A DNA stretch of 63,379 bases, taken from Bacteroidales bacterium (GTDB lineage: Bacteria; Bacteroidota; Bacteroidia; Bacteroidales; WCHB1-69). Positions 54,643 to 63,379 of this stretch are shown here, one piece after another. Each line of letters opens with the position of its first letter. Position 1 is the stretch's first letter. The position numbers and the translations under genes were made by a program. Location: the NCBI GenBank assembly GCA_045627805.1, contig JAZQOJ010000152.1:1-63379 (forward strand). Reading direction: 5' to 3'. The notes under the pieces were generated by a model. That model saw only the letters and a list, made by a program, of their open reading frames with translations. It was not told the DNA's origin and did no database searches.

Positions 54643-56220
54643 ATGAAACACAATTGGAAAATTCCGCACACTTTCACGATTGTTTTTTTAATCGTAATTG
54701 CTTGTGCCATACTTACTTGGATTGTTCCTGGCGGTGAGTTTGCACGCGACGAGGCGGGCAATGTCATTGCCAATTCCTATCACACGGTAAGCAGTCAGCC
54801 GCAAACGTGGCAGGTGTTCACCGCCTTCTTCGCAGGTTTTCAGAAAAGTGCCGCTATCATCGTTTTCATTTTAATGATTGGCGGTGCGTTTTGGATTCTC
54901 AACAAGACCAATGCCATCAATGTCGGTATTTACTCGTTTCTGAACTTCACGCGCCGGTTGCAAGGAAAAAACAAAAGTAGCGACTGGGTTAACAATCTGG
55001 TTATCATACTGATAATGCTCTTATTCAGTTCTTTTGGTGCTATTTTCGGGATGAGCGAGGAGACATTGGCTTTCATTGTGATTTTCGTGCCGCTGGCGAT
55101 TTCGATGGGTTACGACTCTGTGACGGGCTTGCTGATGTGCTATGTGGCAGCGCACGTTGGGTTCGCTGGCGCCATTTTCAACCCCTTCACCATTGGAATT
55201 GCGCAAGGGCTTTCGGGGTTGCAGCCGTTTTCCGGTATGGAATACCGTTTTGTGTGCTGGCTCATTCTCACGGCCATCGTCATCACGTTCACGTTGTTGT
55301 ACGCGCGCCGGGTGAAACGCAATCCGCAGAAGTCATTTATGTATGAATTAGACAGTTACTGGCGCGACAAGGCGGAAACGCAGGAGGCGGATGAGCAGCG
55401 TGGTTCAAAATGGAGCACTTGGACTGTTTTCATCGTCATTTTAGGCGTGCTCGTTTATTTGGCTATTCGCTATCCGCACACGCAAATTTCCATTGGCAAT
55501 GGCACGCACAATGCCATCATATTTCCCATTGTAGCAGTTTGTTACGCTTTATTGGGCGGCTATTCTGCCAGGAAATCGGTACACGGATTCATCCTCACAT
55601 TGCTTTTGCTCACCATTGTCACGCTTATTGTGGGCGTGCTGGGTTACGGGTGGTACGTTGGCGAAATTGCGGGGCTTTTCTTTGCGATGGGTTTGGCGGC
55701 GGGTTTCGCTTACAGTATGCGTTTCGACCAGTTGATTCGAGAATTCTTGGAGGGATGTAAGGATATGCTGACTGCGGCGCTGGTGGTGGGCATCGCGGGT
55801 GGCATTATCGTCATTTTGCAGGAAGGAAAAATCATCGACACCATTCTTTACGGGGCCTCCAACCTGATGGCCGACAGCGGGAAACCCGGTGCGGTGGGCG
55901 GTATGTATGTGATACAGAACTTGTTGAATCTTATCATACCTTCCGGCTCCGCCAAAGCGGCGCTTACCATCCCGATGATGGCCGAGTTTTCCGACCTGGT
56001 TGGAATCTCACGTCAGATTAATGTGATGGCTTTCCAATTCGGCGATGGCTTCACCAATATGATCACTCCGACTTCAGGCGTGCTCATAGGCGCACTGGGA
56101 ATTGCACGCATCCCGTATGCGAAATGGGCTAAATTTATTTTTCCTTTCATCTTGTTCCTTATTATTGTAGGATTTTTATTACTTTTGCCGACCATTTATT
56201 TACCTTTAAACGGATTCTAA
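54643..56220 (+). CDS. YfcC-family (DcuC-like) transporter
   Basis: 525 aa with about 12 TM helices. N-terminal IPHTFTIVFLIVIACAILTWIVPGGEF is typical of YfcC proteins. Confidence 0.75.
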   Translation: MKHNWKIPHTFTIVFLIVIACAILTWIVPGGEFARDEAGNVIANSYHTVSSQPQTWQVFTAFFAGFQKSAAIIVFILMIGGAFWILNKTNAINVGIYSFLNFTRRLQGKNKSSDWVNNLVIILIMLLFSSFGAIFGMSEETLAFIVIFVPLAISMGYDSVTGLLMCYVAAHVGFAGAIFNPFTIGIAQGLSGLQPFSGMEYRFVCWLILTAIVITFTLLYARRVKRNPQKSFMYELDSYWRDKAETQEADEQRGSKWSTWTVFIVILGVLVYLAIRYPHTQISIGNGTHNAIIFPIVAVCYALLGGYSARKSVHGFILTLLLLTIVTLIVGVLGYGWYVGEIAGLFFAMGLAAGFAYSMRFDQLIREFLEGCKDMLTAALVVGIAGGIIVILQEGKIIDTILYGASNLMADSGKPGAVGGMYVIQNLLNLIIPSGSAKAALTIPMMAEFSDLVGISRQINVMAFQFGDGFTNMITPTSGVLIGALGIARIPYAKWAKFIFPFILFLIIVGFLLLLPTIYLPLNGF

Positions 56221-56223
56221 AAA

Positions 56224-57093
56224 ATGAAAAAAGGATTGAAGTTTTTTGTGGCACTTTTGTTGTTCGTGCCCGTCTTCTCGCTTTATTCTCAACAGGATAA
56301 CTACCATTTTTATCACGATTATGAAGCGTGGGAAGGTGGCCTCAATTTTGGCGTGAACTCTTTTTATGGTGATGTGAACGACAACACCAACAAGATATTT
56401 CCGGCGACGCCGTTTCAGGCATCGTTTTACAAGGACCGTCACTTTGTGGTGGGCGGTTATTTTGGCAAGCGTATGACGCCGTTCTGGACACTGGCGATTG
56501 ACTTCAAGTTCGGGCGCGTGTCGGGGCGCGACAAGTACGAGAATCTTGCTTTCCGCACTTCGTGGAATACGGAGGTGGTCCTTTCCAACTCTTTGGACAT
56601 TTTGTCGATGTGCAATCTGAACACCATTTGGTCGCTGTACCCCAAGATTGGTGTTGGCGTTTACGCATTCCGTTCTCATTTGTGGAACATTCGCACTGGC
56701 GAGACGATTGCCGCCTATCCTTACAGCACGGTAGGGGAGGGGTATCGTGCGGCCTTTGCTTTGCCTGTGGCGCTGGGTGTGGGCGTGCGGCCGCTTCCGG
56801 AGCTGCGCGTGTTTTTTGAAACCGGCATCACTTGGGTGAACAACGATGGCCTTGACTCGTACGTTTCGCACGCTCGCGGCTTTGAGGGCGTGTGGAACAC
56901 GGTGGTGGGCGTCAGCTATCAATTCAACTTTGTGCCGCGTCGTGGAGCGAATCCCAGAAACGCAACGGCCAACGACGCATTGAAGGATGATGGCATTACA
57001 AAAAAATACAAAAAAATGCGCTACAAGTCCAATTTGGGCAATGGCGGTCACCCGAGATACAGCAAGACAAGTGCGATGAAGCGTCATAAATAA
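56224..57093 (+). CDS. outer-membrane beta-barrel protein (hypothetical)
   Basis: Signal peptide, then an alternating aromatic/Gly beta-strand pattern. Basic C-terminal tail. Confidence 0.5.
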   Translation: MKKGLKFFVALLLFVPVFSLYSQQDNYHFYHDYEAWEGGLNFGVNSFYGDVNDNTNKIFPATPFQASFYKDRHFVVGGYFGKRMTPFWTLAIDFKFGRVSGRDKYENLAFRTSWNTEVVLSNSLDILSMCNLNTIWSLYPKIGVGVYAFRSHLWNIRTGETIAAYPYSTVGEGYRAAFALPVALGVGVRPLPELRVFFETGITWVNNDGLDSYVSHARGFEGVWNTVVGVSYQFNFVPRRGANPRNATANDALKDDGITKKYKKMRYKSNLGNGGHPRYSKTSAMKRHK

Positions 57094-57161
57094 TTGATAA
57101 TTAATTATTTATGAGTAATAAAAAAAGTATTTAAAATCTTTTTCAAATAAAAAAAATATTG

Positions 57162-57169
57162 TATCTTTG
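57162..57169 (+). promoter_or_regulatory. -7 box TAnnTTTG (tatctttg) upstream of tRNA-Gln/nusA
   Basis: Exact motif 14 nt upstream of the tRNA 5' end. Confidence 0.55.
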
Positions 57170-57182
57170 CGTTCTCAAAGAT

Positions 57183-57253
57183 TGTCCAATGGTGTAATGG
57201 TAGCACTACAGTTTTTGGTACTGTCTGTCTTGGTTCGAATCCAGGTTGGACAA
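57183..57253 (+). tRNA. tRNA-Gln (anticodon TTG)
   Basis: Hand-folded: acceptor TGTCCAA/TTGGACA, anticodon stem ACAGT/ACTGT with loop TTTTGGT, and T arm CTTGG-TTCGAAT-CCAGG. Confidence 0.85.
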
Positions 57254-57326
57254 CAGACAAAAGATGAACTCTCGCCTACTTGGTGGGGGTTTTTTTTATG
57301 AAAGTTATAAACAAAGAAATAAAAAA

Positions 57327-58571
57327 ATGGAAGAACACGCAAATTTGATTGAAACCTTTGCAGAGTTTAAGGAGTTCAAGAATATCGAAAAAGAGATGCT
57401 CCAGCGTATTTTGGAGGACATTTTCCGCTCGGTACTGGCCAAGAAATACGGTCCGGATGCGAACTTCGACGTGGTGGTGAACGTAGCGCGCGGGGATGTG
57501 GAAATCCAGCGCACGCGCGAAATCGTCGCCGACGGGGAAGTGGAGAACGAAAACACGCAGATCGCGTTCTCGGAAGTCGTGAAGATCGAGCCCGACAGCG
57601 AAGTGGGCGAGGAGTTTTTTGAAGAAATCAGCTTGAAGGATTTCCAGCGCCGCGAGATTCTCTCTTTGCGCCAAAACCTCATCTCCAAGATTATGGAGTA
57701 CGAAAAGGATTTGATCTATAAGAAATATGAAGGAAGAATTGGCGAACTGGTCAACGGCGAGGTGTCGCAGGCCTGGCGCAAGGAAATCATCGTGACCGAT
57801 GAGGACGGCGTTGACCTGGTGCTGCCGAAATCGGAACAGATTCCCGCCGACCATTTCAAAAAAGGCGACAGCATTCTGGCCGTTGTGGAACGCGTGGAAA
57901 TCGTCTCCTCGTCACCCCGCATCACCATCTCCAGAACCTCACCCCGCTTCCTGGAACGCCTGTTGGAAGCCGAGATTCCGGAAATCGACGATTGCACCAT
58001 CTTCATTAAGAATGTGGTCCGTTCTCCTGGTGAAAGAGCCAAGGTTCTGGTAGAGTCAACCGATGAGCGCATTGATCCCGTTGGCGCTTGCGTTGGCGTG
58101 AAGGGTGCTCGTATTCACGGCATCACCCGCGAACTGAGAGGCGAAAATATTGACATTATCAATTATACCGAAAATCCGAAACTTTTGATTACCAGAGCGT
58201 TGAGCCCTGCCAAGATTTCCAATATCGAATTGGACGAGGCCTCGAAAACCGCTTCCGTCTATATGAAACCCGACCAGGTGTCACTCGCTATTGGCAAGGG
58301 CGGCTACAACATCAAACTGGCAGGCCGTCTCTCGGGCTACGAAATCGACGTGTTCCGCGATGATATCGTGGAGGAAGATGACGTTGACTTGCAGGAATTC
58401 AACGATGTTTTCGACCAGTGGGTAATCGATGCCTTCAAGCACATTGGCTGCGACACTGCCAAGAGTGTGCTCAAGATCTCGCGCGACGAACTGGTTCAGC
58501 GTACCGACCTTGAGGAGGAAACCGTTGACGAAGTGATTGCTGCCGTTAGGGAAGAATTGGAAGTTGAATAA
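57327..58571 (+). CDS. nusA: transcription termination/antitermination factor NusA
   Basis: S1 and KH domain motifs (ISRT.P.FL..L...EIPEI, GACVG.KG.RI, AIGKGG.N..LA..L.G). Start moved to ATG 57327, because the listed 57246 overlaps the tRNA. Confidence 0.9.
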   Translation: MEEHANLIETFAEFKEFKNIEKEMLQRILEDIFRSVLAKKYGPDANFDVVVNVARGDVEIQRTREIVADGEVENENTQIAFSEVVKIEPDSEVGEEFFEEISLKDFQRREILSLRQNLISKIMEYEKDLIYKKYEGRIGELVNGEVSQAWRKEIIVTDEDGVDLVLPKSEQIPADHFKKGDSILAVVERVEIVSSSPRITISRTSPRFLERLLEAEIPEIDDCTIFIKNVVRSPGERAKVLVESTDERIDPVGACVGVKGARIHGITRELRGENIDIINYTENPKLLITRALSPAKISNIELDEASKTASVYMKPDQVSLAIGKGGYNIKLAGRLSGYEIDVFRDDIVEEDDVDLQEFNDVFDQWVIDAFKHIGCDTAKSVLKISRDELVQRTDLEEETVDEVIAAVREELEVE

Positions 58572-58643
58572 CAGTTCTTCAAAAAAAACTCATCACAACT
58601 CATCTTACTCAAAATTAATTAATTAGAAATTTAAAATTGAATA

Positions 58644-61484
58644 ATGGGCGAAGAAAAGAAAACACCAAAATTAGGCGCGGCTGCCAAAGAATTCAATGTC
58701 TCCACCAATACCATTGTGGAGGTTTTGAAAAAACATTCCATTGAAATTGAAGACAATCGTAACCTAAGACTTTCAGCCGAAATGTACGAAGTTTTGCTGA
58801 AGGCCTTGAGTAGCGATAAAAAGGCGAAGGAAGAGTCGGAGAAACTGGATATGGACTTTTCTTACAACAAGAACAATCCGTCAAAATCCGAGCCCGAGGC
58901 CAGAGTAGAAGTGGAAGAAGAGCCGGCCGAGGTCATCCTCATCAAGGACAACACGGCGACAATAGAAAAGGAAACCATCAAAGTGGAAATCAGCCGTCCC
59001 AAGGTTGTGGGCCATATTGACTTGGAACCCAAGAAGCCAGCGAAGGCCGAGCCGGAGCCGGAAGTTCAGGAAACGAAGGTTGAAAGCGCTCCCGTTGTGG
59101 AGCCGGAAGCGCAGGCGGAGATTGCGAAGCCCATCGCAGAACCGGTTGCCGAAACCGAGCCCGTCGAGGTCAAGGATGAGCCAGCGGAACAGCCCAAAGA
59201 GGTGAAGAAGCCGGAACACGAACACATTGGCATCACCGTGGAAAAAGCGGCTGGTCCCAAAGTGGTAGGCCAAATCGACCTGAACGCGCCGCTGAAGAAA
59301 GCACAGCCCGAAAAGACTGTTGCGACTCCCGACTCTGAAGAACCCGCCACCCCCGAACCGAGCACTACGCCCATGCCCGAAAAGGTGGAAATCGCGGTTG
59401 AAAAGCTCAAGGCACCCAAGGTCGTTGGCACGATTGACCTGTCGGCCATTAAGGAAGCGCCTAAGAAATCGGAAAATTCCAGCGTGAAGCAGAAGCGTAA
59501 GCGCATCAAGCAGAAAGTGAACGTGAAATCGGGAGGCGATGGCAACAAGCCCAAGAAGGTGGAACCGAAAATCGAGATTTCAGCCGAAGATATCGACCGC
59601 CAGATCCGCGCCACCAAACAGCGTATGGAACCCGTTGGCAAGACCAAGGCGGCCAAGCGCAGAAGAGAAAAACGCCAGCAGATTCACGAGGAAATTCTGC
59701 AACAGGAACAGCAAGAATTGGCACAGCAGAAGATTCTGAAGGTTACGGAATTCATCACCGCCAACGAGTTGGCTACGATGATGAACATTCCTGTCACCCA
59801 GATTATTTCCACTTGTATGAGTGTGGGCCAATTCGTGTCAATCAACCAGCGTCTGGATGCCGAAATCATTTCACTGCTGGCCGATGAGTTTGGTTATGAA
59901 TACGAATTTGTGGGAGTTGACGACGATGAGGAACACAAGGACGACGCCGAGCAAGACGCACCGGAAGACCTGTCGCCCCGCCATCCCATCATTACCGTTA
60001 TGGGTCACGTTGACCACGGTAAGACCTCACTGCTTGACTACATCCGTAAGTCGAATGTGATTGCGGGTGAAGCAGGCGGTATTACGCAACATATTGGTGC
60101 ATACGAGGTTACGCTTGCCGATGGTAGAAAAATCACATTCCTTGATACGCCGGGTCACGAAGCGTTTACCGCTATGCGTGCGCGTGGTGCCAAAATCACC
60201 GACCTTTGTATCATCGTGATTGCTGCCGATGACTCCATTATGCCGCAGACCGTGGAAGCTATCAATCACGCGCAGGCGGCTGGCGTTCCGATGGTGTTCG
60301 CCATTACGAAAATCGATAAACCGCAGGCCGACCCTGAAAAGATTAAGGGCGAACTGGCAAATATGAACCTGTTGGTGGAAGACTGGGGTGGCAAATACCA
60401 GTGCCAGGAAATCGATGCCAAGCACGGTACCAATGTTAACGAATTGTTGGAGAAAGTGCTTTTGGAAGCCGAGATGCTGGAGCTGAAGGCCAATCCGAAC
60501 CGACTGGGTGTGGGAACCGTCATCGAGTCTTCTTTGGACAAGGGGATGGGCTATGTGGCGAAATTGCTGGTGCAAAACGGCACGCTGAGCGTGGGCGATC
60601 CGATTTATGCGGGAAGCTGCTACGGCAAAGTGAAAGCGCTGTACAACGAGCGTCGCCAGAAAGTGAAATCAGTGGGTCCCGCCTCTCCTGTGTTGCTGTT
60701 GGGATTGGATGGCGCTCCGCAGGCAGGCGACACCTTCAAGGTTTGTGAAACCGAGCAGGAAGCTCGTTCCGTGGCTTCCAAACGCGCCCGCCTGATTCGC
60801 GAGCAGGGTCTCCGCACGCAGAAGCACATCACCCTCGACGAAATCGGCCGCCGCATTGCTATTGGCGACTTCAAGGAGTTGAACGTGATTGTGAAGGGCG
60901 ACGTGGATGGCTCCGTGGAAGCACTCTCCGACTCCTTGATGAAATTGTCAACCGAGCAAATCCAGGTCAACGTTATTCACAAGTCGGTGGGCCAGGTTAC
61001 CGAAAGCGACGTGTTGCTGGCTTCCGCCTCCAATGCGCTCATCGTGGCCTTCCAGGTGCGTCCGTCGTTGGGCGCCCGCCGATTGGCCGAAAAGGAACAG
61101 ATCGACCTCCGCACCTACTCCATCATCTATGACGCGATTGAGGAAATCAAGTCGGCAATGGAGTGTATGTTGGCACCGAAAATCAGAGAGAAAATCGTGT
61201 GCAACATCGAGATCAAGGAAGTTTTCAAAATCACGAAGGTGGGCAATGTGGCTGGATGTATCGTGCTGGACGGCAAGTTGCAGCGCAACACCAAAATACG
61301 CCTCATTCGCGATGGTATCGTAATTTATACTGGCAAACTCGGCTCTCTGCGCCGTTTCAAAGACGATGTGAAGGAAGTCGTTTCCGGCCAGGATTGCGGT
61401 TTGAACATCGAAAACTTCAACGATATCAAGGTGGGCGACATCGTGGAAGGTTATGAGGAATACGAAGAGAAAGCCACTCTGTAA
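58644..61484 (+). CDS. infB: translation initiation factor IF-2
   Basis: GTPase motifs [22 protein letters not shown] and TKIDK. Acidic/Pro-Glu-rich N-terminal region. 946 aa. Confidence 0.95.
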   Translation: MGEEKKTPKLGAAAKEFNVSTNTIVEVLKKHSIEIEDNRNLRLSAEMYEVLLKALSSDKKAKEESEKLDMDFSYNKNNPSKSEPEARVEVEEEPAEVILIKDNTATIEKETIKVEISRPKVVGHIDLEPKKPAKAEPEPEVQETKVESAPVVEPEAQAEIAKPIAEPVAETEPVEVKDEPAEQPKEVKKPEHEHIGITVEKAAGPKVVGQIDLNAPLKKAQPEKTVATPDSEEPATPEPSTTPMPEKVEIAVEKLKAPKVVGTIDLSAIKEAPKKSENSSVKQKRKRIKQKVNVKSGGDGNKPKKVEPKIEISAEDIDRQIRATKQRMEPVGKTKAAKRRREKRQQIHEEILQQEQQELAQQKILKVTEFITANELATMMNIPVTQIISTCMSVGQFVSINQRLDAEIISLLADEFGYEYEFVGVDDDEEHKDDAEQDAPEDLSPRHPIITVMGHVDHGKTSLLDYIRKSNVIAGEAGGITQHIGAYEVTLADGRKITFLDTPGHEAFTAMRARGAKITDLCIIVIAADDSIMPQTVEAINHAQAAGVPMVFAITKIDKPQADPEKIKGELANMNLLVEDWGGKYQCQEIDAKHGTNVNELLEKVLLEAEMLELKANPNRLGVGTVIESSLDKGMGYVAKLLVQNGTLSVGDPIYAGSCYGKVKALYNERRQKVKSVGPASPVLLLGLDGAPQAGDTFKVCETEQEARSVASKRARLIREQGLRTQKHITLDEIGRRIAIGDFKELNVIVKGDVDGSVEALSDSLMKLSTEQIQVNVIHKSVGQVTESDVLLASASNALIVAFQVRPSLGARRLAEKEQIDLRTYSIIYDAIEEIKSAMECMLAPKIREKIVCNIEIKEVFKITKVGNVAGCIVLDGKLQRNTKIRLIRDGIVIYTGKLGSLRRFKDDVKEVVSGQDCGLNIENFNDIKVGDIVEGYEEYEEKATL

Positions 61485-61501
61485 CAATTGATTATCAACG
61501 C

Positions 61502-61536
61502 GCCGAGGTGTTCTTGCAATGCCTCGGCTTATTTTA
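61502..61536 (+). terminator. rho-independent terminator after infB
   Basis: Stem gccgagg / cctcggc followed by ttatttta. Confidence 0.55.
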
Positions 61537-61541
61537 TAAAA

Positions 61542-61919
61542 ATGGAATTCTCATTTTTTCATCATCCGAAACCCAAGCAGTTTGAGTATAAACCCCGTTT
61601 TTACAAAGGCGACGACACTGCTGACGGCAAGAAGGAGCAGACCGACAGCGAGCGTTTTGAGAGCCATCTGCACGAGTCGCTGAACCGGCACCGCAATGCG
61701 AAGCCCGCCAGTTCGCCCTGGCGCACCATCATCGGGGCGGTGGCCTGCCTGGCTTTCGTGCTCTATTTTTTGTGCTCCGACACGTTAGACCGCTTAGCGA
61801 TGTTTTTCGCACCGCAAACCACCTCCCAACAGGATTTCGATCCGCAGGCCGGCTTCGCCGAGGAGTTTGATGCGGCCGACACCCTCCAAGCCGACACTAC
61901 GACTGGAATTTACCTTTAA
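61542..61919 (+). CDS. hypothetical membrane protein
   Basis: MEFSFFHHPKPKQFEYKPRFY start and one TM helix (IIGAVACLAFVLYFL). Start moved to ATG 61542, downstream of the infB terminator. Confidence 0.45.
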   Translation: MEFSFFHHPKPKQFEYKPRFYKGDDTADGKKEQTDSERFESHLHESLNRHRNAKPASSPWRTIIGAVACLAFVLYFLCSDTLDRLAMFFAPQTTSQQDFDPQAGFAEEFDAADTLQADTTTGIYL

Positions 61920-61981
61920 TTGAAAATGATTGTTTCATTTCGTATTAAGAAATTATCGACGTGGAAGAAAACGAGAAAACG

Positions 61982-62137
61982 ATGAGCAATGCAAGCAACG
62001 AAGCCCGCGAGTACGGACGGCACATCAATCGTTCGTGGGCGCGGCAGCGGAAGCATTCAAAGAAAAGATTGCCCAATTGGGCCTTAATAGTTCTCCTTGT
62101 TATTCTGATTGTGGTGGCAGGAATCCTGATTTGGTAG
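61982..62137 (+). CDS. possible 51-aa tail-anchored small membrane protein
   Basis: My own translation is MSNASNEAREYGRHINRSWARQRKHSKKRLPNWALIVLLVILIVVAGILIW*. It is below the ORF-track length cutoff. A basic N-terminal half is followed by a single C-terminal TM helix. Confidence 0.3.
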   Translation: MSNASNEAREYGRHINRSWARQRKHSKKRLPNWALIVLLVILIVVAGILIW

Positions 62138-62308
62138 TTTTTTTGAGAAAAGAAAACGTGCTTGTGGCTTTCGAACAAGAGCGGATTTATGGAAATATGT
62201 CCACAAAATGAGTATGAACCGCTCAAAAAGTGGCCACCAAAATCAGGGAAAAGTCAGGCAAGCCGAAAAGGGATGTTTTTGAAATTTTCTGCGAATTTTT
62301 GGTTAGAA

Positions 62309-62773
62309 TCAGCGCTGTTCCCGTTGAAATTCCATTGTGGTCACAATATCGGTTCCGTTTTCAATGACAAGATTTTGCGCGGTAAGAGTGCGCACCGTAT
62401 AAATCACGGGCTCCATTCCGGGGGCTTGGATGAAACTCAGTTGGTCGCCCTCCATCGTCCACTGCATCGGCGTTTCGCTCACTCCGTTGGTGGTGATCAG
62501 CGTGCCATCTTCCTCAAAAATGAGTTGGAAGTCCTGCGTATAAAAATTGGTTATATCGATAACATTGCCGCTCACTACTTGTGTGGCTTGGACCATCCGC
62601 CAATGTCCTAAAATTGAGAAAGTCTCATCGGAATCGTCAGTATCGGATTCATCGGAAATTTCCTCAGTGGGGGTTTCGGCATCGGGGAGCGGCTCCTTTT
62701 CGCAAGAAGAAAACAGAAATGCGCTTCCCATAAAAAGGGCCAGGATTGTGATAAAGGCGTATTTTTTCATCAT
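62309..62773 (-). CDS. hypothetical lipoprotein (lipocalin-like?)
   Basis: Start moved to MMKKYAFITILALFMGSAFLFSSCEKE (signal plus lipobox). A -7 box lies at 62807-62814. Confidence 0.6.
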   Translation of the reverse strand: MMKKYAFITILALFMGSAFLFSSCEKEPLPDAETPTEEISDESDTDDSDETFSILGHWRMVQATQVVSGNVIDITNFYTQDFQLIFEEDGTLITTNGVSETPMQWTMEGDQLSFIQAPGMEPVIYTVRTLTAQNLVIENGTDIVTTMEFQREQR

Positions 62774-62806
62774 TTGGGAATTAAATTGGGTATTGTTTTT
62801 CGTTGG

Positions 62807-62814
62807 CAAAAATA
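62807..62814 (-). promoter_or_regulatory. -7 box TAnnTTTG (tatttttg on minus strand)
   Basis: The plus strand reads caaaaata, 34 nt upstream of the ATG at 62773. Confidence 0.5.
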
Positions 62815-62851
62815 AAAAAAATCCTGGAATTCGGTTTTCTCTCCATTCCAT

Positions 62852-62989
62852 AACGGAATTATTTCCTTTCATCTTGTAAATGATATTAGTGAACAGTGAT
62901 CAGTGAACAGTGATTTGATTAAGGGGAAGTCGCAAGTCTTGTTGATTGATACGCCGAGAATTTTAGGAACTTCAGATAAGGGGAACTAT
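62852..62989 (+). repeat. repeat-family flank: L box + variant spacer (with 14-nt tandem) + terminal motif
   Basis: aacggaattatttcctttcatcttgtaaatg (62852-62882) matches the reverse complement of 20942-20972. There is a tandem agtgaacagtgatc/agtgaacagtgatt at 62888-62915. The segment ends with gagaattttaggaacttcagATAAGGGGAACTat. Confidence 0.85.
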
Positions 62990-63379
62990 CCGCACTGCGG
63001 AATTCCCGCTCAACACATCGCAAATCCCGAATTGCTAGATCGCGGCTGTTCAACTTTCTTTTTTTCTTGAGAAAAAGAAAGCTACTTATTGAAAGAAAAC
63101 GGAGTCGCATCATTTTGTCTTGCAGCGATAACAACCTCGGAGAGGTTGGATTCCTATAACCCCAGATAAGTGTAGCGCAATCTGGGGAGGAGAGCGCCAC
63201 TGGAGAAAGGCACCTCGGAGAGGTGCGACACCGCTTAGTAGCATCTCTACGAGATGCCGGATGTCGGCACGCGTTCGCCCACCCCACATCGCGGACTTCG
63301 TCCTTATGTGGGGTTATAGGTGTCACATCCTTCCTGGATGTGACGGTGGCGCCACATCTTGATTGTGGAAAACAATGAT
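62990..63379 (-). ncRNA. candidate structured non-coding element R1, copy B (inverted relative to copy A; runs into window edge)
   Basis: Its reverse complement aligns with 20587-20900. It carries an extra 78-nt module bounded by the 12-nt direct repeat cctcggagaggt (63135-46 and 63213-24). Confidence 0.5.

Noticed and set aside
62919-63326. 135-aa ORF on the minus strand inside R1 copy B
   Set aside because: For the same reason as above, the frame is not conserved in copy A, and the hairpin-compatible substitutions point to structure rather than coding.

Overview
This is a chromosomal window from a Bacteroidota (Bacteroidales-like) genome. Supporting signs are TAnnTTTG -7 promoter boxes 15-100 nt upstream of many starts, three proteins with T9SS C-terminal sorting domains, a long YidC, a long NusB, and DUF1573/DUF4293-type genes. 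I call about 54 CDS, mostly housekeeping: yidC, phoH-like, hutU, cobB-like, nspC, ldcA-like, ruvB, cdaA, arcC, nusB, yajC, mutL, proS, lepB, nusA, infB. There are two tRNAs, Ser-CGA and Gln-UUG. I found no transposase, integrase, CRISPR array or obvious defence operon. The most unusual content is non-coding: a family of mosaic repeats around the 1806-aa T9SS surface-protein gene (14366-14650 and 20356-20972), with further pieces at 24556-24621, 25524-25602, 38874-38890 and 62852-63379. The family has four parts. (i) A ~314-nt hairpin-rich element (R1) is present twice in opposite orientation, and the differences between the copies are compatible with the predicted structure. (ii) A purine/GGA-rich module is built from short iterated 'bricks', including AGGAAAT heptamers at exact 11-bp phasing. 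(iii) A shared terminal sequence, CTTCG-ATAAKGGGAAYT, bounds these modules as inverted repeats in a MITE-like arrangement. (iv) A 57-nt inverted repeat (56/57 identical) brackets the whole 6.5-kb surface-protein cassette. All identities were judged by eye and no database search was possible.
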